A stretch of DNA of 63,684 nucleotides. Origin: a virus. Its lineage: Duplodnaviria; Caudoviricetes. The number at the start of each line of letters is the position of its first letter. The first letter of the stretch is position 1. Both the position numbers and the translations under genes were made by a program. Shown piece after piece: positions 29,664 to 38,326 of the stretch. The stretch is taken from IMG/VR virus record IMGVR_UViG_3300038315_001014, positions 1 to 63,684 of that record. One strand, written 5' to 3'. The notes beneath the pieces are model-generated. The model made no database searches and was not told where the DNA came from. It saw nothing but the letters and a program-made list of their open reading frames with translations.

Positions 29664-30559
29664 ATAACTTACTGCAAGAAGCACCACAGATCGAAGCAAT
29701 ATCTATTAGCAGTTCAGCTATGCTAACGGAGCATACCCAAGGGATATGGACAGGGCGTAAGAAAGATAAGAGAGCGTCTACCCAAGTGAACGACGACAAT
29801 AATGCTGACGCGGGTGTAGCGAACGTGTATAAAGCTCTTTTGGGATCATCCCCTGATCTCAAGGCGGTACAGAACTTTGCTCAAAATGCACGTAACTCGC
29901 ATTACAGTATGACCCTACCGTGGAGCGCAGGCTTCCAGCTCTTACCCGTCGCGCAATACTTCAGCTACCATAAACAGATGACTGCATTCCAAGTAGAGTT
30001 TTATCGGTTAGTTGACGTGTTCATGCAGGGGTATAAATGGGCAGTTGTACAAGCGGAGAGTAAACTCGGTGATCTGTTTAACCGAAATGAGTATCCAACC
30101 GAAGATGCAATCCGAAGTAAGTTTTACTTCAACGTGAACTATGTTCCGCTACCTGAAGCGGGGGATTTTAGACTGGATATTGGCAATGAAGAAAGAGCCG
30201 CATTGGAAACTCATTACAATGATTACTATTCCAAGCAACTCACGGGAGCTATGAACCATCTGTGGAATAAAGTTTATGACGTACTCACTAAGATGAGCGA
30301 GCGTCTTGACTACGGTGATGGGGAAGTAAAGAAAGTCTTTAGAGATTCTCTCGTTACTAACGTACTGGATGTAGTGGATCTACTTACTTTATGTAACGTA
30401 ACTGAGGATTCTCAATTGGAGCAGATGCGTATGGACTTAGAGGTTGCATTACGTGGTGTATCTGCAAGTGGCTTGCGTGAAGATGCGGGGCTACGTCGAA
30501 TGACTAAGCGTAGTGTAGATAAGATGATTGATAGCTTGCCAAGCTTGAAAATTTCATGA
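29660..30559 (+). CDS. DUF3150-like protein
   Basis: WTGRKKDK, TLPW, LGDLFN..EYP and FRDSLV; sits next to a MoxR/vWA pair. Confidence 0.6.
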   Translation: MNNLLQEAPQIEAISISSSAMLTEHTQGIWTGRKKDKRASTQVNDDNNADAGVANVYKALLGSSPDLKAVQNFAQNARNSHYSMTLPWSAGFQLLPVAQYFSYHKQMTAFQVEFYRLVDVFMQGYKWAVVQAESKLGDLFNRNEYPTEDAIRSKFYFNVNYVPLPEAGDFRLDIGNEERAALETHYNDYYSKQLTGAMNHLWNKVYDVLTKMSERLDYGDGEVKKVFRDSLVTNVLDVVDLLTLCNVTEDSQLEQMRMDLEVALRGVSASGLREDAGLRRMTKRSVDKMIDSLPSLKIS

Positions 30560-30577
30560 GATAAATACAGGAGAACG

Positions 30578-30673
30578 ATGATGACAGCAACAGCAATAGC
30601 AACAGCAACAGCAACAGCAACAACAGCAACAACTCAACGAGTAAAAGTACCAGCAAAGGAGAAAGCGTCATGA
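30578..30673 (+). CDS. 31-aa peptide encoded by an ACAGCA hexamer repeat
   Basis: CAGGAGAACG RBS; MMTATAIATATATATT...; ATGA overlap with the next ORF. Confidence 0.45.
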   Translation: MMTATAIATATATATTATTQRVKVPAKEKAS

Positions 30674-30951
30674 TGGCTAGGCTTCTTCTTGTAGCTGCGG
30701 TGGTTGCTATCTGTATAGGAGCTATTACCCAGGAAAGTATGGTACTCGCACTGGGTATACTTCTATCTATTTGGGCTGAGGTATGGGGCACACAGGAAAA
30801 ACTATGTTCAATAGAAGAACACTTGTGTGCAGATATATCAGCGTTAACTCTATCCCTGCGCATATGGGGGGATATAAAAAAAGAGGAGGCAGAACGTAAC
30901 TTTGAAAATGAGTTAGATTCACTAGAACCAAAACAGGAGAACGAAGTATGA
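30670..30951 (+). CDS. Hypothetical membrane protein
   Basis: Two hydrophobic segments. Confidence 0.55.
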   Translation: MMARLLLVAAVVAICIGAITQESMVLALGILLSIWAEVWGTQEKLCSIEEHLCADISALTLSLRIWGDIKKEEAERNFENELDSLEPKQENEV

Positions 30952-32045
30952 ATCAAGCACAAAAAATGTACGCTTTAAGTTTAGAACAAATTATGCAAGC
31001 TATCCTTATTGGGGGGACTGAACGGACGGTACTCGTTCAAGGGCATATGGGCACAGGTAAGAGCACTATACTGCCCATGTTAGGGGAAGAGCTGACTCTC
31101 CACACACAGTGTTATTTTGATGGCACTACCAAAGACCTTGGGGATGTTATGATCCCTAACATATCTGTGTTGGACGACAGCTCTAAAAAGTTTGTTACCT
31201 TTGCTACCAATGAAGAACTTGGTATGCACCTTAGCAAGCCAATTATCCTTATGATAGATGAGTATGGTAAGGCCCCTCGTCCTGTTCAAAATGCACTAAT
31301 GCGTCTGATGTTGGAACGTAAGATTGGTTCATATACGTTACATGAAGAAAGTATTGTATTCGCCAATACTAACTTAGCTGCGGAAGGCGTAGGTGATATG
31401 ATGCTCCCACACCAATGCGATAGGATTTCTATTATCACTTCTCGCAAGCCTGATAATAAAGAGTGGATCATATGGGGAGTACAGCATGACATAGACCCCA
31501 TTATGTTAAGTTGGTGTAAGGACAACCCACAGTTGTTCCATTCGTTTGAGGATGTTGAGAACCCTGAAGACAATCTGTATATCTTCCATCCTAAGAGACA
31601 ATCGCATGCGTTTGTTACCCCAAGATCCTTACATGCAGCATCTGACTGGATGAAGAAGCGGGGGCAGCTTGATGACCAAACACTTTGTGCTTTGTTGATG
31701 GGGACTATTGGGGATCGTGGAGCAATGGATCTTATGGCATACGTTAAGCTAGCGGATCAACTACCAACCACAGAAGCTATTAAGCAAGATCCTCACAATG
31801 CGCGGGTGCCTGACTCTGACGCTGCTGTATGTATGGTTGTTTATAGGGCGTTAGCGTCTATCGAGCGGGACTGGGTATCTCCGTGGGTGGATTACATGCG
31901 GCGATTGGATGCTGAAGCACAAGGACTGTTTGCTAATGGAGTACGCGCAGATGGGTATGATAAGAAGCAGTTCATTTATCAGAATAAGAAATTCGCTCAG
32001 TGGGCAATGGACAATGGCTATATGTTCAGCGCCGACAAAGCATAA
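30948..32045 (+). CDS. MoxR-like AAA+ ATPase
   Basis: Walker A GHMGTGKS, Walker B LMIDE, and TPRS sensor motif. Confidence 0.85.
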   Translation: MNQAQKMYALSLEQIMQAILIGGTERTVLVQGHMGTGKSTILPMLGEELTLHTQCYFDGTTKDLGDVMIPNISVLDDSSKKFVTFATNEELGMHLSKPIILMIDEYGKAPRPVQNALMRLMLERKIGSYTLHEESIVFANTNLAAEGVGDMMLPHQCDRISIITSRKPDNKEWIIWGVQHDIDPIMLSWCKDNPQLFHSFEDVENPEDNLYIFHPKRQSHAFVTPRSLHAASDWMKKRGQLDDQTLCALLMGTIGDRGAMDLMAYVKLADQLPTTEAIKQDPHNARVPDSDAAVCMVVYRALASIERDWVSPWVDYMRRLDAEAQGLFANGVRADGYDKKQFIYQNKKFAQWAMDNGYMFSADKA

Positions 32046-32082
32046 TTTATCTCATGAAATAAACGTGACCAAGGAGAAAGCA

Positions 32083-32340
32083 ATGGACGTAAATCCTAAA
32101 GATGTGATGCGTGGTAGATATATGACGTTGACGGAGGTAGTTGATATATTGCCCGTATCGAAGGCAACGATATACAGACAAATACGGTTAGGGAGGTTCC
32201 CCCGCCCTAGACGATTTGGGGCGGGGATGAGTATATGGATAACACAGGAGGTTATGGACTGTATAGATAACTTACCCGTATCAAATATGAAAAACCCAAG
32301 AATACGTAAACAGGAGAACGAAGATGTTAAGAATAAATAG
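32083..32340 (+). CDS. AlpA-family HTH regulator / excisionase-like
   Basis: LTEVVDILPVSKATIYRQIRLGRFPRP...W. Confidence 0.85.
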   Translation: MDVNPKDVMRGRYMTLTEVVDILPVSKATIYRQIRLGRFPRPRRFGAGMSIWITQEVMDCIDNLPVSNMKNPRIRKQENEDVKNK

Positions 32341-33760
32341 TGATTTAACAGCGGAGCAGCGGCTTACCAAAGCTGTTGTAGCAATAATGGGTAAAGATAG
32401 GTACGTAGCTTTATCGGGAATACTTATGATAGGGACACGTAACGTTGTCGATACCCCTGAAATAATAAAAATATTTGCAGGGAGGCCGGTGTTTACTGCT
32501 TGCACTAACGGACGTGATGAGAAGTACGGCAGAGAGTTTATCGAGTTGCTTACTGACGCAATGCTGCGGTATCTTGTACTGCATGAAAACTATCATAAAT
32601 TGTATAAGCACTTAGACACATGGAAAGTCCTCCATGATGAGAATCCGTATTTAGCGAATTGCTCTTGTGATTACGTTATTAACCTGAAAATTTCTAACGA
32701 TAATACAGATGGGTTTGCTGTTATGCCCGTAGATGAAAACGGTAAGCAGATGGGTTTGCTGGATACAAGATTTGAAGGTATGAACTCAGGTCAAGTGTTC
32801 AAAATCCTCAAAGAAGAAGCTGAAGACAACGAGGATGAGGATGGTGACGAAGGAGGTGGAAGTACAGGTGACGGCCCCCCACAAAATGGACAACCGGGGG
32901 GAGGTAAAGGCACATCTAATGGGGTGGGAAACAAAAATGCTACACCAGGTGATGGCGACGATGATGATGACACTGAAGGATCTTCTGAAGCTGGAACTGG
33001 AACTGGAACTGGAACTGGTGGGACTGGAACTGGTGGAACTGGTTTTGATGAACATGATTGGGACGGAGCTGAGTCATTAACAGAATCAGAAAAGCGGGCG
33101 CTTGATCGAGACATCGACGAAGGGATAAGGCAAGGTGCGTTGCTAGCAGGGAGTACAGGGTCTGGCAATGGAGAGAGGGAATTTGGGGATCTCCTAAAAG
33201 CGCAGATACCCTATCAAGAAGTATTGCGGGAATTCATGAACGAGAATTGCGTGGGTAATGATTTAGCTACATACCGTAGGCCCAACAGAAGGTTTATGTC
33301 CATAGTTGATCATGTGTATTTACCCAGCGCATATAGTGAGCGAATAGGCGATGTCTGTGTAGAGATCGACAACTCTGGATCTATTGGGGATGACGACTTG
33401 CGAGATTTTATGTCTGAGTTTAAGTTTATCTGCGATACGTTACGCCCCCACTGTGTTCGGGTTTTGTATTGGGATACTGAAGTAGTCCACACTGAAGTAT
33501 ATCGTGATGAGGAAGTAGCTCAATGTATTGAGACTACACGACCTCGTTACGGTGGGGGAACTGATGTTCGTTGTGTAGCGCAATACTTACAGGAGAAAAA
33601 TATAATTCCGCAGGTGCACATCGTATTTACTGATGGCTATCTGTATGGTGGGTGGGGGGACAAGTGGAATGCTCCGCTGCTTTGGGTTATCAAAGGCAAC
33701 CGAAAGGATATTCCAACAGTAGGTAAATATGTATATCTTAAAAATGAGGTGGGGTTATGA
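32324..33760 (+). CDS. DUF2201-like metallopeptidase plus vWA protein
   Basis: TACTNG, HENYH zinc motif, DYVIN, acidic Gly linker, MIDAS DNSGS, GGGTD and VFTDG. Confidence 0.85.
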   Translation: MLRINSDLTAEQRLTKAVVAIMGKDRYVALSGILMIGTRNVVDTPEIIKIFAGRPVFTACTNGRDEKYGREFIELLTDAMLRYLVLHENYHKLYKHLDTWKVLHDENPYLANCSCDYVINLKISNDNTDGFAVMPVDENGKQMGLLDTRFEGMNSGQVFKILKEEAEDNEDEDGDEGGGSTGDGPPQNGQPGGGKGTSNGVGNKNATPGDGDDDDDTEGSSEAGTGTGTGTGGTGTGGTGFDEHDWDGAESLTESEKRALDRDIDEGIRQGALLAGSTGSGNGEREFGDLLKAQIPYQEVLREFMNENCVGNDLATYRRPNRRFMSIVDHVYLPSAYSERIGDVCVEIDNSGSIGDDDLRDFMSEFKFICDTLRPHCVRVLYWDTEVVHTEVYRDEEVAQCIETTRPRYGGGTDVRCVAQYLQEKNIIPQVHIVFTDGYLYGGWGDKWNAPLLWVIKGNRKDIPTVGKYVYLKNEVGL

Positions 33761-33846
33761 GCATAGATGACGACATCTACGGTCTAATCCACAGCCAAAC
33801 GAGAAACTTTGGATGCAAGAGTAACGAAACTAGAGGAGGATAAACT

Positions 33847-34737
33847 ATGAACTATGAGCGGATACTAATATCTGATATGGATGTATTTAATGTAGATATC
33901 AATACGGACACAGGTACTGAAGCAGCGTTGCGCGTGTTTGCTAAGGCTATTCGGGAGCAACTACGTGGAGTTCGGTTTGCTAAGTATCGGTCCAGCGATA
34001 CCTACATGCTTTATGTGTACTATCCTGATGATGTATTTCCTTTAGGTGCAATAAGCTATAGCGACATGAAAATGAAGGGAGTACATCCTAGAACGTTTAA
34101 TGTAAGTTCTCGGGCAATTGTTAACAAGCGGTTTGATGATTGCAGGGAGCAGTATCATATGGTTATGTCAGGTAATATGGATAGGGCAGTAAAAAACGCA
34201 TTGAAGTATCTTAGGATGTACACGCTACCTGAAATGATGGGAACAGTAATAGCTGCCTTCTTACGTGCGGCTAGTAACTACACATATGTAATAAGGAGTG
34301 AACGAAATAAAGTTTTTAGTGAAGTTAACATGGATCTTTTTTCGCCTTCTACTCCGTTGCGGGGTGCACTCTTACGAGAAATGCAATTTATGCTGGACGA
34401 ACATAAGTTTTACGACTCCTCAGTAAAAGATGTTATAGCAAGAATGTTAGAAGTGTACGGGCGATGCGATCTTGAGGAACGTTTTGCTTCTGGATCGTTT
34501 TGGTTTGTTAGGGCAAAACAAGATGGCTCATTTGACACCATCTATAAGAAGGAAAGCGGTGATCCTAACGAGGAGCAAAAGGCATACGCTCCTGATACAG
34601 TTCCCGAAGTAATGGCGCATAGGCTAGCTATTTTAAGCATCAATAACTCCGAAACATATGTAGGTGGGATAGGCTACCGTTACTGTAACGACCTGTACTT
34701 TGTTTATGATAAGGAAGCACCGGAGAACATGAATTGA
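33847..34737 (+). CDS. Hypothetical protein
   Basis: 296-aa ORF with GAGGAGG RBS. Confidence 0.75.
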   Translation: MNYERILISDMDVFNVDINTDTGTEAALRVFAKAIREQLRGVRFAKYRSSDTYMLYVYYPDDVFPLGAISYSDMKMKGVHPRTFNVSSRAIVNKRFDDCREQYHMVMSGNMDRAVKNALKYLRMYTLPEMMGTVIAAFLRAASNYTYVIRSERNKVFSEVNMDLFSPSTPLRGALLREMQFMLDEHKFYDSSVKDVIARMLEVYGRCDLEERFASGSFWFVRAKQDGSFDTIYKKESGDPNEEQKAYAPDTVPEVMAHRLAILSINNSETYVGGIGYRYCNDLYFVYDKEAPENMN

Positions 34738-34834
34738 CGTTCGATGACCAACTAGGTGCGCCTATCGAAAAGGTTGTGAGATACGAACTGTATGCTTTCC
34801 AGAACACCAATGGTTCACAACAGAGGCATAGAAA

Positions 34835-35152
34835 ATGAATCGACAGCTTTCAAGCAAGATGCTAGGCGCTATCAAAGCAATCCGCGAAGACTTCACAACC
34901 GCTAACGAACATGAGCAAGAACGATGGGGCCATCCAATTTCGTCGATCTCTTGGGATGACGAGAAGTATGGAAACCGCAACACGATGAATGCTCTGTTGC
35001 GGAGAGGATTGATTGAAATTGTCAGGACCAATCACCACCACTTTGACCGAGCCAAAACATATAACTACGGCAGGAATACCAAGTACGTGGCAGCAAGCTA
35101 TACACAACACCACATTAGACCGACTACAGACCATCAAGGCGAATGGATATGA
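34835..35152 (+). CDS. Hypothetical protein
   Basis: GAGG RBS; TMNALLRRGLIE is wHTH-like. Confidence 0.5.
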   Translation: MNRQLSSKMLGAIKAIREDFTTANEHEQERWGHPISSISWDDEKYGNRNTMNALLRRGLIEIVRTNHHHFDRAKTYNYGRNTKYVAASYTQHHIRPTTDHQGEWI

Positions 35153-35188
35153 TGGCTAAAACGGCAGCAGACATCTGCAAAGCCAAGG

Positions 35189-35452
35189 TTGATGGTCGCA
35201 GATGCAGACAATGGGCAAAGGCTAACGGCTATTGTCATTCAACGATACTTTGACTCGCACTATGGCGCTCGATACGGCGATGAGGGTAGCCAATACCTGT
35301 CAGGTGGATCCGGTATCGATGACGCCTACAGACGCTATAACGGGCCTGTAAGGATTACTGCGCGGTCTTGGGTAGACTGGCAGTTAACTAAAGAATTGTT
35401 ACCACAAATACTTGACCGGCATTGTAGCGAACTATGCCATTACGATAACTAG
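35189..35452 (+). CDS. Hypothetical protein (start uncertain)
   Basis: ORF track only. Confidence 0.35.
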   Translation: MMVADADNGQRLTAIVIQRYFDSHYGARYGDEGSQYLSGGSGIDDAYRRYNGPVRITARSWVDWQLTKELLPQILDRHCSELCHYDN

Positions 35453-35536
35453 GAGACTACCACATATTGGAAGGGAACAAACATGACTAATATACACATT
35501 TAGGTACGTTTATACAACGTACCCAACAAGACTTGA

Positions 35537-35751
35537 GCTACCTAGAGTAGTATGGTAAGGTAGCATCGGCAAGAAAGGTAAACCCATATAACGATCATGG
35601 GGCTGAAGCTATTTCTCCCTAAATTCACTGATAGGGTGTGAATGCAATGCTCGTATGTCCTACTACGGTTACCCCAAAAACTTCATGGCCGTAGTAGGGG
35701 CAAGGTCGCGCTTCAGGGTAACTAAGAGCGACTAAATGCGAGCGACCCTGC
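35537..35751 (+). ncRNA. Candidate structured RNA or regulatory leader
   Basis: Three stems: 35537-35564, 35659-35698 and 35700-35751; no long ORF. Confidence 0.35.
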
Positions 35752-35867
35752 TTTATCTCATGAGATAAATTTTTGGAGAGCACTTTACTTCATTTATCTC
35801 ATGAGATAAATTTGATACCAGTGATACCAGTGATACCAGTGATACCAGTTCTTACAGGAGAACGTTA

Positions 35868-36161
35868 ATGAACAAAATGAAGCCCAGACGGGTATCATTC
35901 CTCGCCTACGATGCATATCATTCCATCAACCTACTTCAAGCTATGCTAGCTACCCGTAGTAACAGAAACGATAAGGGGCGTATAGTTTGGGAAGCTTCTG
36001 AACAGGAAGCGGAAGCAGTTTTCTCTATACTAAAGGGCAAGTATCCAGCTCTGAAGCTAGTAGGCTACGTCTTTATACTTATCGCTTCAGGTAAAAACAT
36101 TACGCCAGTGACCTTGCTCATTGAGGAAGGGGAAATGGAGGAAAACCTCTATGCGTTCTAA
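35868..36161 (+). CDS. Hypothetical protein
   Basis: CAGGAGAACG RBS. Confidence 0.6.
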   Translation: MNKMKPRRVSFLAYDAYHSINLLQAMLATRSNRNDKGRIVWEASEQEAEAVFSILKGKYPALKLVGYVFILIASGKNITPVTLLIEEGEMEENLYAF

Positions 36162-36450
36162 GGTATTTTTGGGTCCTACCCTATACCGTAGCACCCCCCA
36201 AAAGAGGGCAAAATGAGAAATAAACGCAAACATCATGTTCTAAAAAAGATAACCCCCCGCCCATTTGAAAGCGATATACATAGATTTCTTTGCGGCAGAA
36301 ACGAACCCCACCCTGTTCCTACGCAAGTAAAACGAGAAGGACTTTGCGTACGATGCGAACGCGTAGCTAAAGATGAGCACTAGACATAAAAAAGAAGCAC
36401 GTTCACGTAGGAAATTAGCGTACGAGCGGATGTGGGCATAGCGTATTTTA

Positions 36451-36636
36451 ATGCAACGCAAAAACCGAAAACCTAACCCGAAGAAAATACCCACGATTAA
36501 TCCACGTGGGTATTTAATAGGTTGGTATAAGGTTACTTACACCAATGCAGAAGCAATGGAATTAGCAGAACAGTATTTGAAGCAGCGAGGCTCTAACAAT
36601 ACTGTAGCAGCGGGCTTATTACCGGAGGAAGAATAG
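36451..36636 (+). CDS. Hypothetical protein
   Basis: ORF coupled to the next gene. Confidence 0.4.
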   Translation: MQRKNRKPNPKKIPTINPRGYLIGWYKVTYTNAEAMELAEQYLKQRGSNNTVAAGLLPEEE

Positions 36637-36842
36637 TGACCACGTATGGGTACACTAAAAAGATAGATAATTTAGCTATGGAACGAGAGAAAATAGCCAG
36701 AGATACAGAAGAGTTTCTAGCTAAAGGTAATGAGATCCTCTACGTTCCCACAGGATTGAGCGGCATAGGTGTAAAGTTGACTCCACAGAACATAAAAGCA
36801 TTAGGAGAAGTAGGGAATAAACGAAGAGCAGGAGTGAAATAA
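36636..36842 (+). CDS. Small protein with a SutA-like motif
   Basis: IARDTEEFLAKGNEILYVP.GLSG recalls the SutA RNAP-binding segment (AFLAxGGxI...GxS). Confidence 0.45.
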   Translation: MTTYGYTKKIDNLAMEREKIARDTEEFLAKGNEILYVPTGLSGIGVKLTPQNIKALGEVGNKRRAGVK

Positions 36843-37109
36843 ATGCCAAGCGCAAAAGAAATAGCGAAAAATTTTAAATTCTTACGACAGGAACTAATGG
36901 CAGGAGTTACGTTTAAAGTACTCTCGCCGGGATTTGATCAGCTAGTAAGTGAAGTTTTATGGGAACTGAATAACATAAAGCCTACGTTCCATGAACTCAA
37001 TTGCCATAAGATCTGGTGTAAATCTCTTGATGCAAGCTGTGGTAATCTAAAAGTAGCAGCGGCGAATGTTGCCGCCTACGAAGATTGGGTAAAGGAGCGA
37101 GAGAAATAA
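36843..37109 (+). CDS. Hypothetical protein
   Basis: AGGAG RBS. Confidence 0.55.
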   Translation: MPSAKEIAKNFKFLRQELMAGVTFKVLSPGFDQLVSEVLWELNNIKPTFHELNCHKIWCKSLDASCGNLKVAAANVAAYEDWVKEREK

Positions 37110-37783
37110 TGACTACACCAGAAGCCAAAGTTAAAAAGGTTGTAGTAAAACAACTTAAGGAGTTAGGTTGCTACTATTTCTATCCAGTGACAGGTGGGTA
37201 TGGACGTAGCGGCGTGCCAGATATTATAGCTTGCTTTAACGGTAAGTTTATTGGCATAGAATGTAAGGCGGGAAAGAACAAACCTACGCCACTACAGGAA
37301 AGGAACATAGACGAGATCAATGGCTGTAACGGGCTTGCCATCGTTGTTAATGAAGACAATATGCACGAAGTGGCAAACATTCTACGGCGAAATCAAGAAC
37401 CTTTTTTAGAATCTGTAAGTGATGCACTGGATTATGCTTGTGAATTACTGGCAGTAGCTAAAGCTCCGCGTAAAGCAAAAGAAATCCGCACAGAAATAAT
37501 GAGCGGGGCATGGACTAGAAAGATTCTTACACGCCAAAAAACTCCTCAGCAAGAATTATTCTATGCAGTAAAACACGGAAAAACTTTAATCGGCCTCAAT
37601 GGGCACGATTTACGCTGCGGTCAATGTAAAACCCTAAAAACTGTAAGTACTATAGATCACTTTGACACTACTACAATAGATTTATTAGCCACGTGTAAAT
37701 GCGGTACAACGTTAATACAGAGAACAACTAAGCAAGCGCAGGTGGAATGGGAGGAAGGAAAATGGATAAACAAAATTACATAG
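37109..37783 (+). CDS. VRR-NUC endonuclease with a C-terminal Cys-rich extension
   Basis: TPEAKVK, GVPDII, GIECK and PTPLQ; CGQC and CKC. Confidence 0.85.
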   Translation: MTTPEAKVKKVVVKQLKELGCYYFYPVTGGYGRSGVPDIIACFNGKFIGIECKAGKNKPTPLQERNIDEINGCNGLAIVVNEDNMHEVANILRRNQEPFLESVSDALDYACELLAVAKAPRKAKEIRTEIMSGAWTRKILTRQKTPQQELFYAVKHGKTLIGLNGHDLRCGQCKTLKTVSTIDHFDTTTIDLLATCKCGTTLIQRTTKQAQVEWEEGKWINKIT

Positions 37784-37882
37784 AGCTAAGAAGAACTGAG
37801 GATATTACAGAGATTACTTTTGAAAATGGAGATACTTTTACATTTATTTCTTGCGATGCTGATTCTGAACCAACGCCAGTAA

Positions 37883-38089
37883 GTGGAGCAGAGAGGGATA
37901 AAGATGGATAAGCGAAAATGGTTGTTGATAACTATGGCACTGTTTTGTGGAGGGTGGGTACTATACCCACTATTCAACGCCCCAATAGAATGGTCAGGGC
38001 GACAAATACTTCTTGAATATTGGTGGTGCTATCTATTAGGGGTAGTGTGCGGGATTACAGGAATAGTAATAACGGAGTGGGATGAATGA
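37883..38089 (+). CDS. Small membrane protein
   Basis: Two hydrophobic helices. Confidence 0.5.
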   Translation: MEQRGIKMDKRKWLLITMALFCGGWVLYPLFNAPIEWSGRQILLEYWWCYLLGVVCGITGIVITEWDE

Positions 38090-38304
38090 GCGAAGAAACG
38101 TATAAAGGAAGTTTTGAAAGTATAGAAATTAACGAGGGTGAAATGATTGTGGATATGGACCCTAATTTAGTTACAGAAATACTTGCTTCTGCAGAAAAAA
38201 TAAGCGGCTATGATGAATGGTTACTAAGACGCGCTGCTGGAAGAATACATTTCCTTACAGCATACAGTGATATAGTTACAGAACTACATGAAGAGAAGAA
38301 ATAA
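38086..38304 (+). CDS. Hypothetical protein
   Basis: ATGA overlap. Confidence 0.55.
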   Translation: MSEETYKGSFESIEINEGEMIVDMDPNLVTEILASAEKISGYDEWLLRRAAGRIHFLTAYSDIVTELHEEKK

Positions 38305-38326
38305 CTAAACAAGATAAGGAAGTAGC

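Larger units (their letters stand above)
23765..35810. promoter_or_regulatory. 13 dispersed copies of the palindrome TTTATCTCATGAGATAAA
   Basis: Copies start at 23765, 25157, 25407, 26415, 26930, 27080, 27641, 28034, 28811, 30551 (partial), 32046, 35752 and 35793. Confidence 0.85.
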
